Shown: in pieces, positions 17,638-26,730 of the stretch
Position numbering within the stretch: the first letter of the stretch is position 1
Layout of the letters: each line of letters opens with the position of its first letter
Virus record (IMG/VR): IMGVR_UViG_2617270990_000002
Source: a virus
Taxonomy: Duplodnaviria; Heunggongvirae; Uroviricota; Caudoviricetes
Strand: one strand, 5' to 3'
Length of the DNA stretch: 29,412 nt
Made by a program: the position numbers and the translations under genes
The notes under the pieces: generated by a model
What the model saw: only the letters and a program-made list of their open reading frames with translations
Told to the model about the DNA's origin: nothing
Database searches by the model: none

Positions 17638-17913
17638 TTACTCAATAAAGATCATTGGCTTACCGTTAAAGCGTTCATGCCGTGTGACCGTCCATTGTTG
17701 TCCGTCATAAACAACGCGATCACCGCGCCGTGGGCGGTATCCCGAAGAAAACACCACCAGAGAGACCGCAGGTCCGGACAGAGCATTCAGCTCTGCCAGT
17801 GTTTCTCCCGGGATCACAGTCATATCGACATCATTAATCGAGGCTGTCTTTCCCATCTTTCTGACCGTGATAGCATCCATACGCGCTGCCAGCCGGGAAA
17901 AGGGATCAGACAT
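17638..17913 (-). CDS. head-tail joining protein (lambda FII-like position)
   Basis: 91 aa between the head module and Z; contains an RRGD-type segment as lambda FII does; assignment mainly positional. Confidence 0.5.
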   Translation of the reverse strand: MSDPFSRLAARMDAITVRKMGKTASINDVDMTVIPGETLAELNALSGPAVSLVVFSSGYRPRRGDRVVYDGQQWTVTRHERFNGKPMIFIE

Positions 17914-18229
17914 TGAGTTTTACCGGCACTTCTTCTGCACTGGTTCCGGCATCTGCCCAGACAACCCCGACCAGCGGATCAGAGCCGCTGTTAGTCAGCT
18001 GAATTTTTCCGGACTTCAGATAAACCTTCTTACCCGTTTTCATGTCATCCGTTTTCAGCTTAGGCAGCATAAACACACCTTCGGTCATGCCGTCGCCTGT
18101 TTCACCCTGTGGAATATCGGTCAGCGCCACCGCAAAAACATCGCCCACCTGCACCAGATCTCCGCTGCTGATGGCTGCACTGGCAACAATCGCCACCGTT
18201 TTTCCTTCTTCTACAAAATTCTTTGCCAT
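17906..18229 (-). CDS. small head-module protein, DUF2190-like (follows the capsid gene)
   Basis: Start at MAKNFVEEGKTVAI... with GGAG SD 6 nt upstream; Gly/Val-rich beta-type sequence typical of the small proteins found after HK97-type capsid genes. Confidence 0.45.
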   Translation of the reverse strand: MAKNFVEEGKTVAIVASAAISSGDLVQVGDVFAVALTDIPQGETGDGMTEGVFMLPKLKTDDMKTGKKVYLKSGKIQLTNSGSDPLVGVVWADAGTSAEEVPVKLNV

Positions 18230-18270
18230 AACTGTCTCCGCACAGCCCCGTTCAGGGGCTGATTTCAGGT

Positions 18271-18296
18271 ACAAAAAAAGCCCTTACGGGCCATCA
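18271..18296 (-). terminator. intrinsic terminator after the capsid gene
   Basis: On the minus strand: GC hairpin GGCCCGTAAGGGC followed by T7 (plus-strand A-run 18273-18279), 20 nt after the capsid stop. A second hairpin (18243-18261) follows. Confidence 0.5.
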
Positions 18297-18315
18297 GAGT
18301 TGTTGTCTGCGACGT

Positions 18316-20274
18316 TTACGCCGTACATTTAACCAGACCGCGGTGATCAACTGGCGCGACACCGGCGTCAATACGCACTTTCGTTGTCACGCCATCCACA
18401 CTGAAGCCCTCCATCTGATCAATATATGGCGTATCCACACCGTTAAGATAAGCCACTTCAATCGTATCGGAGCCTTTTGACGCAGCCAGGTAGAAGGTGA
18501 TCTGGCTGTTATCATCAAGACGAGGCTCTGCAATAACGGTCGCAAAATCTTTCACCGGGTTAATAATACCGGCGTTAATGTCAGCCCCCTTGACACTTGA
18601 GGAGCGAATGACCTGGTTAGCAACAGACTCCATCGCCGTCGGTACCAGTACGAACGCAGGACGAATATTCAGATGACGCTCCCCCTCTTTCTGAACGCGC
18701 ATCAACTGGCGGGCTTTATCCAGCGATGCCACGTCCATTGCAGCGCTCTCCAGTACGTTTGCATGTTTCGCTTTATCGAACAGACTTACATTATCTGTGG
18801 AGATTTTCGGGTTAGACGTCAGAATGGCATAAACCAGATCGGCAATAGTGGATTTCGCCGCACGGCCCAGTTTCATCGGGACATCGGTCAGCATATTCAG
18901 ATCATCATTGATAATGGCCTGACGGGTGATACTGAACAGCTCGCCATAGGTCGCCAGTGCAATAGTGGCCTGTTTATCTCCGGTGGTGACGTATTTATAT
19001 TCCGCCCCTTCACGCACCTGACGCAGAGCACTGAAGCCCCCCATACCCACACGATGGGCAATTTTAAAATCAGACAACTGACCTTTCCGCGTCCACTGTT
19101 CATAGGTTTCAGGGGCATCTTCCCAGCCCTGCAGAATGGCTTTGTTCGCAACATCCAGCAGAATATTACCGAAGTCAGACGTACTGTGTGTGAACGCCGC
19201 ACCGACCATCTGCATCGGGTTATAACCGGAAACCCCAATACCCCGTTCAGTTAGTGACATACGGGCATATTCACGCAGGGTCATCCCGTTGTAGACATTA
19301 TCACGTTCGGTTTTTTCAAATCCGGCACGCGCCATCAGCGCCTGGCGAATCCCGTCCCCCACAAAATTACCGTTACCGGCATAAATATGAGCCGGGGTAT
19401 TTTTATTGGATGGCGTGGACTCGCGCCCCATCTCGTTCAACAGCTTTTCACGGGCCTGCTCCAGCGAACATTCAGGATCGGCAAGACACTGAGCCTGCAG
19501 CGTCTGATAACGCCCGCCAAACATGGCAAACAGATCACTAATACCGTTTACACGCGCTTTTTGCTCTGCCAGTACCTGCGCACGGATGCTGTTTTCATCC
19601 ACCACGGGTGCTGCTGCCTGCACTGGCGTCCGGGAGGCTTCAGATTCATTATCCTGTACGCGTGGAGCACTGTTGCGTGGCGGAGTAATCATGTTTCGAA
19701 TGGATTCCGGCATCTTTTTAAATTCCTCTGTACGTTTTGACTGAATACATGCCATTGCCTTAACGGCTGGCGTTACCTGATCAGCAAATCCATGTGCCAG
19801 ACATTCGGCACCGGACATCCAGGTCTCATCCGCCAGCATGGCAGCAATTTCATCGGTGGTTTTCCCGGTTTTCTGTGCATAAGCGGGTAACAGAACCGCC
19901 TCAACTTTATCGAGTAGGTCGGCATAGGTGCGCATGTCCTCCGCATCACCGCCCGTAAAGCCAAATGGTTTATGAATCATCATGAAGGTGTTTTCCGGCA
20001 TAATGACCGGGTTTCCTACCATCGCAATGACCGACGCCATTGACGCCGCCACACCGTCGACATAAACGGTAATGGACGCACCATGTGTTTTCAGCGCATT
20101 AAAAATGGCGATGCCTTCAAAGACATCGCCACCCGGTGAATTAATATGGAGATTAATGTGGGTGATATCGCCCAGTGCATTCAGATCACTGATAAACTGC
20201 TTCGCTGTAACACCCCAGAAACCAATCTCGTCATAAATATAAATATCCGCGTCACTCTGGTGACCAGCCTGCAT
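18316..20274 (-). CDS. prohead protease (ClpP/S14 family) fused to scaffold-like linker and HK97-fold major capsid protein
   Basis: Start at MQAGHQSDADIYIYDEIGFWG, 13 nt after the portal stop. ClpP signatures INSPGGDV...GVAASMASVI...MIHKP; Ala/Gln-rich middle; C-terminal about 300 aa capsid-like. One continuous 652-codon frame. Confidence 0.8.
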   Translation of the reverse strand: MQAGHQSDADIYIYDEIGFWGVTAKQFISDLNALGDITHINLHINSPGGDVFEGIAIFNALKTHGASITVYVDGVAASMASVIAMVGNPVIMPENTFMMIHKPFGFTGGDAEDMRTYADLLDKVEAVLLPAYAQKTGKTTDEIAAMLADETWMSGAECLAHGFADQVTPAVKAMACIQSKRTEEFKKMPESIRNMITPPRNSAPRVQDNESEASRTPVQAAAPVVDENSIRAQVLAEQKARVNGISDLFAMFGGRYQTLQAQCLADPECSLEQAREKLLNEMGRESTPSNKNTPAHIYAGNGNFVGDGIRQALMARAGFEKTERDNVYNGMTLREYARMSLTERGIGVSGYNPMQMVGAAFTHSTSDFGNILLDVANKAILQGWEDAPETYEQWTRKGQLSDFKIAHRVGMGGFSALRQVREGAEYKYVTTGDKQATIALATYGELFSITRQAIINDDLNMLTDVPMKLGRAAKSTIADLVYAILTSNPKISTDNVSLFDKAKHANVLESAAMDVASLDKARQLMRVQKEGERHLNIRPAFVLVPTAMESVANQVIRSSSVKGADINAGIINPVKDFATVIAEPRLDDNSQITFYLAASKGSDTIEVAYLNGVDTPYIDQMEGFSVDGVTTKVRIDAGVAPVDHRGLVKCTA

Positions 20275-20287
20275 CCTGAACCAGGAA

Positions 20288-21796
20288 TTATTCTTCGGGC
20301 TGGTCGTCGGTGTGCTGCGGCTCCTGTCGTTTCGTTGCGGCACTACTGCCTCCTTTATCACTGGCCGGATCGGTATCAAATACCAGATCCAGCTTGCGGT
20401 TTTCATCAATTTCGGCCTTGCGCCGACGTTTGACATCATCCGGATTACGACCACCAGCACGTACCCAGTCTGATTCTGTCGCCGCTCCACCACGAATCTG
20501 GATTTTCCAGGCCTCAGCCTCCTTAACAGGGTCAATCCACGGCATCACTGGTCCGGAATACACCGCGGTATACAGTGAAGAACGGTCAAGATCGCGGGGT
20601 AGCCTGATAACACCGGATGCCACAGCCTGTTTCAGCCATGCACGATACATCGGGCGGGTGACGGCACCAATAAACCAGTCCTGCAGGATCAGGTAGCCAT
20701 CAGTGGATTCAACCAGCTCCTGACGCTGGGCGCTGTAAGTGCCGTTATAGTTGCGCGCTGTACTGGAAAAACTCAGACGACTGCCCGCCGCCACGGCACG
20801 CAACTGACCATTACGAAAAGTTTCAAGGTTAGGATTGGGGCGATCCGACTTCACCATTCCGATTTCTTCGCCGGGTTTCAGATCGTCGTAAATAATGCCC
20901 GGCTGAATGGTAAGCTCACGTTCATTCTCCTTTCTGCCATTACCATCCGGTTCATAGCTCTGCCCGTCGCCTTTCCGGATGTACATCCCCAGAGCAGCGG
21001 CGATCCTTGCTGCAGTCAGCTCAGAATCTTCATATTCTTTCAGGGCACTGAGGCGGATCAGCACACCGGACAACAAAGACGTCCCGCGCATCTGGTGCAG
21101 ACGGCGAACAAATTTAAGATGCAGCATTCGCTCTGCATCCACTTCTTTGGTTTCCATCTGCCGTCCGGATACGGGACGGCTTTTATACACCAGATATTTT
21201 TCGGGACGCCCCCAGTCATCAACAAACACGCCCTGATTCAGCCTGTTGCTCTCATCACTGGTCATGGGAATAAAGTCCGGCTCGAGCGCCTCCAGCCAGA
21301 AATGAACACCGGCAGAAGGCGCCAGGCTGTTTATGCGCCCGGAAACCATCTGGGCAAACACCTCACCATCGCGCAGCCAGGTACGAAGCATCAGACGTTC
21401 CAGCATCGGACGGGTAAACTGCCCGGTGACTTCCGGGCTGACAGACCATTCACTCCATCGGGTGCGAATCTCCGCAGCCAGGTCACGGGCAATGGCCCCA
21501 TTGCGTAATACCGGATGTGGCTCGACAATAATCCCGTTTTTCCCCACCACCCGTTCTTCCAGCTTATCAAATACACCAATAACCAGATCGTGGTTGTTAT
21601 CAAGGTAACGGGCCTGCTCACGTAACGACACGGCCCCGTACTGGCTTAACTGGTCGGCAGTTCGGTTCTCCCGTCGGGCTTTGTGTGTCCGCGTCGTTTT
21701 TACGGCCTCATAAGCCTGGATCACCGCACGGGAACGCAGCCTTGCCGCTTTCCATCCTGGTGAAAAAACGCCAATCACATCATCAAGAATTGCCAT
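20288..21796 (-). CDS. portal protein
   Basis: Start at MAILDDVIGVFSPGWKAARL, with ATG overlapping the W-like stop (TGATGG); about 502 aa with acidic C-terminus; sits between terminase/W and the protease-capsid gene. Confidence 0.8.
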   Translation of the reverse strand: MAILDDVIGVFSPGWKAARLRSRAVIQAYEAVKTTRTHKARRENRTADQLSQYGAVSLREQARYLDNNHDLVIGVFDKLEERVVGKNGIIVEPHPVLRNGAIARDLAAEIRTRWSEWSVSPEVTGQFTRPMLERLMLRTWLRDGEVFAQMVSGRINSLAPSAGVHFWLEALEPDFIPMTSDESNRLNQGVFVDDWGRPEKYLVYKSRPVSGRQMETKEVDAERMLHLKFVRRLHQMRGTSLLSGVLIRLSALKEYEDSELTAARIAAALGMYIRKGDGQSYEPDGNGRKENERELTIQPGIIYDDLKPGEEIGMVKSDRPNPNLETFRNGQLRAVAAGSRLSFSSTARNYNGTYSAQRQELVESTDGYLILQDWFIGAVTRPMYRAWLKQAVASGVIRLPRDLDRSSLYTAVYSGPVMPWIDPVKEAEAWKIQIRGGAATESDWVRAGGRNPDDVKRRRKAEIDENRKLDLVFDTDPASDKGGSSAATKRQEPQHTDDQPEE

Positions 21797-22014
21797 CAGA
21801 ACCTCGCCAGCCGGTACCCGGGATGCCCCCGTCGTCGTGTAATCAGAGCCGCAAGGCGGCGCTCCCACTCCTGCCGTCCCTGCCGGATCTCAGATAAGTT
21901 TTCCATGGTCATCTGCTGACCATTAAAGGTGACGGATTTTCCGTCCAGCACCGCCATTTCAGCTTCCGTATAACGCTGAATCATGGCTTCGATATCATTC
22001 TGGTTCATAACCAT
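21796..22014 (-). CDS. gpW-like head-tail joining / head completion protein
   Basis: 72 aa, ...ITRRRGHPGYRLARF resembles the C-terminus of lambda W (...RRRGPAGFYV); start overlaps the terminase stop. Confidence 0.6.
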   Translation of the reverse strand: MVMNQNDIEAMIQRYTEAEMAVLDGKSVTFNGQQMTMENLSEIRQGRQEWERRLAALITRRRGHPGYRLARF

Positions 22015-24104
22015 CCTCCGGAAGTCAGCCAGGGGTTAACATCGTCAGTTACTGTTTTCTTCCGTTTTTGTTTTTTAACAGGCGTGGATACCGGTTCCGG
22101 TGAGGATGACGGTTCGGTACTGTCCTGGACACACTCCAGCCAGGTCTCCCGGCTCGCCCACTCCGGTGCATCCGGCCAGCGGATCTTTTCGTATCCATGC
22201 AGAATGACCAGAGCCTCGGCATACACCATCAGGTCAAAAGCTTCGTTGGCACCGCGACCCGGCTTACTCCATTTCCCGTCACTGCTCCGCTCTTCATACG
22301 TCAGTTCGTCGTAAAACCAGCTCCCCAGCCAGTCAGGGAAATGCACATAGCCTGGACCTGGCGAGTCACGCCATAACGCGTTATTCACCCGGTCTTTCAG
22401 GGCATCCGTCTGAAGAAGCCAGAGCGGCACATCACCTGCGGCCTGCGCCCGGCGGCCCGTTCGTCCGGTGTTATCAGGGAATGTACGGCTGATCAGTTTT
22501 GCGCGCCGGATGCTGTCACCCTTAAACAGGTAAATACGTTTACCAAGGCCATCACGACGGCAACGACGCCAGAATTTATAGGCATTATCAGTGACCCCGT
22601 CTTCACCGCCGGAGTCCACCGCCATTGCCATCAGTCGCATTTGTTGAGAAGGATCGGAGGCCAGCGGCCAGCTTTTATGAAAAACATCCGTCAGCAGGAC
22701 ATCCCAGTCTTCCGGATAGCTGGCCGGATCAATTCGCTGGCTCTCCCCGTCGCAGTCACTGCGCAATGACTGCGTGATGTTGTAACGATCAATAATCCAG
22801 CGTTCGCCACGACTGCCATAGCCCGTTACCTGAACCACAAAACGGCGATGACGTCCCGCCTGCACATCCACTGTCGCCACAAGGAAATTAACGCCATCCG
22901 GCACACTGCGGGAAGGAACTAGCTCTGCCCGCTGCTCAAGCAGTTCACTTTTTCGTTGCTCCATGCTGGCACGAGGAAGATAAGGCAATCCCCAGTCGGT
23001 GTTGATAACCGCCCTGAGTGTTTCTTCGCTTCCTGTCGCTTCATACTCCTGTTCTGCAGTCAGTAATTTGTAAACCAGTTGCGCCCAGGTCTGATACGCA
23101 GCAGCTGGCCCTTCCATCCAGAAACTGGCGATACGGGAGCGGCGCGGTTCACCGGAAACGTTGCCGTTACGATCAATAACCTGACCTTCACGCAACCAGA
23201 CTCCTGCACTATTGAGCTCACGCTTTTTCTCCGCAGTGATAATGCCGCTGCAGTGCGGGCAAAGTAGATACGCCGCCTCACTGGCTTTAAAGGGATCCGG
23301 TTCATTACGGTAGCCGGTCATGGCATCCATGGCTGGCTGAAAATATTCACCGCAGTGCGGACATGACCAGTACCAGCGGCGGCGGTCACCACGATTGTAA
23401 AGGGAAAGAATACCAGTCGTCGGTGGCGCTTCATGAGGCGACTTACGTCGCCATTTGCTGTCGCAGATGTCACGTCCCGGCGAGCTCTCCACCAGAGTCA
23501 TCCCGGCGGACATAAATGTGGTGGTACGTTTTGAGGCCAGGGAGAAACCATCACCCTCGCTGTCGATATTCTCCGGAAAACGGTCGTAATCGGTTAAGGC
23601 GACAAACCGGTAATCCGACGACGACATAATGTTGACCGAGGGCCAACCAATTTTAAGGAACGAGCCATCCCTGAACGTCTTATCATGGACATTATTGTCG
23701 TTACGACGTGGACTCATTCTTTTCTTTACCGCCGCACTGCTTCTGAACGTTCTGTCGAGGCGCTTTTTAGAATGCTCGCGGGCCTTATCTTCGGTCATCT
23801 GCACAACGAGCATGTCCGAAGGATCGCAAACGATGGTATAGACAATCCATCCATCGATCAGACCAATGGTCTTCCCTGTTCGCGCAGGACCAACAAAAAT
23901 CACCGCATCGTATTCACGCGATGCCAGGCAGTTCATGGGCTCAATGATGTAGGGTGTCAGTTCAGGATCCCATGGCACCGAGTTACCAGCCCCCTTGGGA
24001 ACACGCATGAATTTTTTAACAGCCTCCGAAATCGGCATGCGACGTGGTGGGGAAAATCCTGCCGATATGTCCCTTCCCAAATTTCGGGCTGATGAAAAAC
24101 CCAT
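22005..24104 (-). CDS. terminase large subunit (lambda gpA family)
   Basis: 699 aa; perfect SD (taGGAGGaataATG); Walker A VGPARTGKT; zinc-ribbon-like CPHCGEY...CPHCSG; located after the small terminase subunit. Confidence 0.9.
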   Translation of the reverse strand: MGFSSARNLGRDISAGFSPPRRMPISEAVKKFMRVPKGAGNSVPWDPELTPYIIEPMNCLASREYDAVIFVGPARTGKTIGLIDGWIVYTIVCDPSDMLVVQMTEDKAREHSKKRLDRTFRSSAAVKKRMSPRRNDNNVHDKTFRDGSFLKIGWPSVNIMSSSDYRFVALTDYDRFPENIDSEGDGFSLASKRTTTFMSAGMTLVESSPGRDICDSKWRRKSPHEAPPTTGILSLYNRGDRRRWYWSCPHCGEYFQPAMDAMTGYRNEPDPFKASEAAYLLCPHCSGIITAEKKRELNSAGVWLREGQVIDRNGNVSGEPRRSRIASFWMEGPAAAYQTWAQLVYKLLTAEQEYEATGSEETLRAVINTDWGLPYLPRASMEQRKSELLEQRAELVPSRSVPDGVNFLVATVDVQAGRHRRFVVQVTGYGSRGERWIIDRYNITQSLRSDCDGESQRIDPASYPEDWDVLLTDVFHKSWPLASDPSQQMRLMAMAVDSGGEDGVTDNAYKFWRRCRRDGLGKRIYLFKGDSIRRAKLISRTFPDNTGRTGRRAQAAGDVPLWLLQTDALKDRVNNALWRDSPGPGYVHFPDWLGSWFYDELTYEERSSDGKWSKPGRGANEAFDLMVYAEALVILHGYEKIRWPDAPEWASRETWLECVQDSTEPSSSPEPVSTPVKKQKRKKTVTDDVNPWLTSGGWL

Positions 24105-24112
24105 TATTCCTC

Positions 24113-24640
24113 CTAGAGACTCTCTCCTTCCTCATCAGGAATTAATTCAGCAGCACAAGCCTCGTAGGATTTTTCCTGAAGAGTGTATCGCAGGTCATCA
24201 ATGGCCTGCTGTACAACGCCGACGGCCTGAGGAGTCAGGGCGCAATCGCGTTCAAGAACATCCGGAATTGTCTCCAGAACCTGGACGACAGCCTTTCTCA
24301 TGGACGAATAGACGATGACTACTTCATCAACGGGGATGAGTTTTCGCTGCTCCTTTTCCAGCTTGATCCTTTCATTTTCAGATTGGTACCAGTCCTTTCT
24401 CTCTTTCGGCTCCATACGGGATGGATCATGAACAGAGTCTGCTGCCTCATGCTTCACACTAAACAGGGCTGGCCCGACATGCTGCAGGGCGTAAACGGGG
24501 TTCCCCCTGATAGTCGCAGCCACAGGAGTGTTGGCCGCGAGGAGCCGTTTTTTTACTGTGTCCCGGTGAAGCCCAAAGGCCTCAGCGATTTTAAAAACAC
24601 TCCAGTAATAAGCATCACCGATCCCGCTCACATTTGACAT
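24113..24640 (-). CDS. terminase small subunit (Nu1-like, N-terminal winged HTH)
   Basis: Start at the third ATG (MSNVSGIGDAYYW...; GGAG SD 6 nt upstream); about 198 bp downstream of the cos-like sequence, as in lambda; stop abuts the large-subunit SD. Confidence 0.7.
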   Translation of the reverse strand: MSNVSGIGDAYYWSVFKIAEAFGLHRDTVKKRLLAANTPVAATIRGNPVYALQHVGPALFSVKHEAADSVHDPSRMEPKERKDWYQSENERIKLEKEQRKLIPVDEVVIVYSSMRKAVVQVLETIPDVLERDCALTPQAVGVVQQAIDDLRYTLQEKSYEACAAELIPDEEGESL

Positions 24641-24820
24641 AAGCAACTCCATCTGGCAGGTGAAAATCATGTTTATTTATATATTTCAATTAATTGCAAA
24701 CTGGTCTAATGACAGGGAGAAAAAAATATTGTACAGGTGAAAAGAGAAATAACTTTTAATTATCAATAAATTACCAAACATGCTGCCGCCGCCATGGAAA
24801 TGCAAAAACTAGCCTTTTTC

Positions 24821-24838
24821 CGCGACGCTCCCGCCCCG
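24821..24838 (-). promoter_or_regulatory. putative cosN (cohesive-end site); cosB/IHF region extends toward Nu1
   Basis: Minus strand reads GGGGCGGGAGCGTCGCGG, cf. lambda GGGCGGCGACCTCGCGGG; distance to the Nu1 start is about 198 bp (190 in lambda); IHF-like site TATCAATAAATTA at 24761-24773. Confidence 0.5.
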
Positions 24839-25202
24839 TGGCAGGGACCCCCACTGGGAGGACCCGACAGCCTGACAACCGTGACGAGCATCTGAAACAG
24901 AGCTTTACATAATGGCATGGGGATAATTCAGAAGGACATCACAGCATGCCCACACAAATTAGTGTGAGTGTCCTGTTTCTTACTACGCGCAGGACTGACG
25001 AGCATGAGGGGAAAATACGAGAACCGAAATGCCTTATCTTCAGAAATGCAGCCGGCATCCGAACTGGACGATATTGTAAATTCACCTAAATACGAGGCAT
25101 TGCTGTAGTTGAATTGCATTGCTGTATTAGCCTGACAGTGACAGAATACGATATTGACTCTGTCACTTGTGAAATGGTCAGAATGGTTAGCAGTTATGGT
25201 GA

Positions 25203-25409
25203 TCAGTCAACCACCAGGGAATAATCCTTCGTATTCTTATCGTGCTTTACTAACGCGGCCTCAATTGCCCTGAATGCTTCCAGAGACACTTGATGTTCTA
25301 TACATGCAATTACAACATCCGGGTAACCCATCGAAATGGTGCTATTAAGCATAGTTTTTACACGAACCTGCTCCTGGGAGGGGGCATCAGTGTATTGTTC
25401 TTTATGCAT
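25203..25409 (-). CDS. small prophage protein resembling E. coli DLP12 YbcW (recalled from memory)
   Basis: 68 aa, ...[58 protein letters not shown]. Similarity is from recollection, not a search. Confidence 0.45.
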   Translation of the reverse strand: MHKEQYTDAPSQEQVRVKTMLNSTISMGYPDVVIACIEHQVSLEAFRAIEAALVKHDKNTKDYSLVVD

Positions 25410-25702
25410 TTTGTCGCTCCATGCGTTTGCTCTTCACTTACGGCTAAAAATATAACGTCAAATCACTCAGCATGAAAGAGTTAAAGATTCAGCGCGTTTC
25501 CCTTACATAATCTGTCGTTTGTATTCTCTTCAGGCATACCGGAAAGACTAGGTATTGTCACACAACCAATACCATCGACAATCGAGATTTATACCTATTC
25601 GGTAATGTTTAAATATAACAAAACCCCGTAAAAACGAGGTTTATGGGTAATTTGTATTGTTGAATAGCATCTGATGAGAAATTGATGCTAATACTAAACA
25701 GA

Positions 25703-25875
25703 CTAGATTAAATCAATCTTGATATCATAGCTTTCAAGACCAGTCATTTTTTCCCGTGCAGTAAACTGGATACTGGTAACTTCTTTCCCGGTCTTTTTCT
25801 TAAGCTCAATGATTTTTTTGTTATATATTCAGAAATATCTGCTTCTGTTTTTGTTTTTAACTCTTCAATGTTCAT
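25703..25875 (-). pseudogene. gns-family gene (GnsA/GnsB-like) split by a frameshift in a T7/A7 homopolymer
   Basis: MNIEELKTKTEADISEYITKK then, after a -1 shift at the A7 run (plus-strand T7 at 25813-25819), IIELKKKTGKEVTSIQFTAREKMTGLESYDIKIDLI-stop; both halves match GnsB as remembered (MNIEELKK...KIAELNKNTGKEVSEIRFTAREKMTGLESYDVKIKIM). Confidence 0.6.
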
Positions 25876-26047
25876 CATTTCCTCTTTTAGTCTGTTATGA
25901 CTTTCCTGGTACACAGTAGTGTCAATTATATGGAGCAAACGTATAAAAGATAAGATGAAACATCGCAATAATCAACATACGACGGTCTAAATTTCACACA
26001 AACAGATAAAGATGATTATCATTTATTATCAATGCATTAGAATCAAA

Positions 26048-26278
26048 TCAATTCAAGAGTCTCATTGCTGCTTCCAGAATTTCTTCTGAAGTTACATGTC
26101 GATCCGCTGCTACATAAATGACTTTATGATCTCCGGTCAGAGATGGAAACCCTGCAGCCATTACAGTGAGGTGTGTTGTTTCGCCATTTGGATATTCACG
26201 CATGATGGTGTTAACTCCGGTCATCACTGGCACTACCATTGCTGGTTCAGAGTTAAAAAAAACTATTATTTTTTTCAT
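26048..26278 (-). CDS. hypothetical small protein (start uncertain; GTG alternative at 26317)
   Basis: ORF MKKIIVFFNSEPAMVVPVMTGVNTIMREYPNGETTHL... between the terminator pair and the gns-like gene; weak SD; no family recognised. Confidence 0.3.
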   Translation of the reverse strand: MKKIIVFFNSEPAMVVPVMTGVNTIMREYPNGETTHLTVMAAGFPSLTGDHKVIYVAADRHVTSEEILEAAMRLLN

Positions 26279-26322
26279 AATGTTACCGTAATATGTGAGT
26301 ATCCATCGACTAGACACTAAGC

Positions 26323-26350
26323 AAAAAAGCTCCCGAAGGGGCTTTTTTTT
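26323..26350. terminator. bidirectional intrinsic terminator
   Basis: A6 - gctcccgaaggggc hairpin - T8; functional in either orientation. Confidence 0.5.
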
Positions 26351-26416
26351 AAGATTTAACCAAATGAAATAAAAGGATTTATTTCAGGTCATGTCCACTT
26401 ACCGACCACATCTATT

Positions 26417-26443
26417 CAAAAGCCCCGCAATGCGGGGCTTTTA
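26417..26443 (-). terminator. intrinsic terminator immediately after ogr
   Basis: 7-bp GC stem gccccgc/gcggggc with 3-nt loop, flanked by A4 and T4, starting 1 nt after the ogr stop codon. Confidence 0.5.
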
Positions 26444-26692
26444 TCATATAGTCAAACTTAACTGATCGCGTCCATAGTGCGAAGCGGGAAAGACACCTGC
26501 GGGAATAAAGTCAGGCGCTAATTTATCGCGCCGCTCACGCTTGGTGACAATTTTTTCAACACTGTTAAGCGTTGTGAATGACAAGCCGCATTCCATATTC
26601 TGGCACTGATGGTATTGGCGAATCGTTACTTCACTAAGAGGCTTACTGGTGCGAGTGCGGGCCGTAGCGCCGCAGTGTGGGCATTTGAACAT
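26444..26692 (-). CDS. ogr: Ogr/Delta-family zinc-finger late-gene activator (P2 Ogr-like)
   Basis: MFKCPHCGATARTRTSKPLSEVTIRQYHQCQNMECGLSFTT matches P2 Ogr (MFHCPLCQHAAHARTSRY...ERYHQCQNVNCSATF) including the C-x2-C...C-x4-C spacing. Confidence 0.85.
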   Translation of the reverse strand: MFKCPHCGATARTRTSKPLSEVTIRQYHQCQNMECGLSFTTLNSVEKIVTKRERRDKLAPDFIPAGVFPASHYGRDQLSLTI

Positions 26693-26730
26693 AATGGTGA
26701 CTCCCCTGGGGAGTTGAACTCATCACCATT

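Noticed and set aside
18316-20535. 739-aa version of the protease-capsid ORF starting at 20535
   Set aside because: The upstream 87 codons overlap the 3' end of the portal gene in another frame; the ATG at 20274, 13 nt after the portal stop, gives a product starting just before the ClpP domain.
24928-25119. 63-aa minus-strand ORF upstream of cos (and a 47-codon plus-strand ORF at 24956..25099)
   Set aside because: No convincing RBS, low-complexity translation, and located in the cos-proximal non-coding region; could be a DLP12 ylcI-type small gene but I cannot support that from sequence alone.
26318-26443. CyaR-type sRNA or P2 attachment core next to ogr
   Set aside because: In E. coli K-12 the ogrK remnant abuts cyaR and the P2 att core; I looked for that sequence (…taatctcccttacacgggcttatttttt) here and did not find it, so this ogr copy is in a different context.
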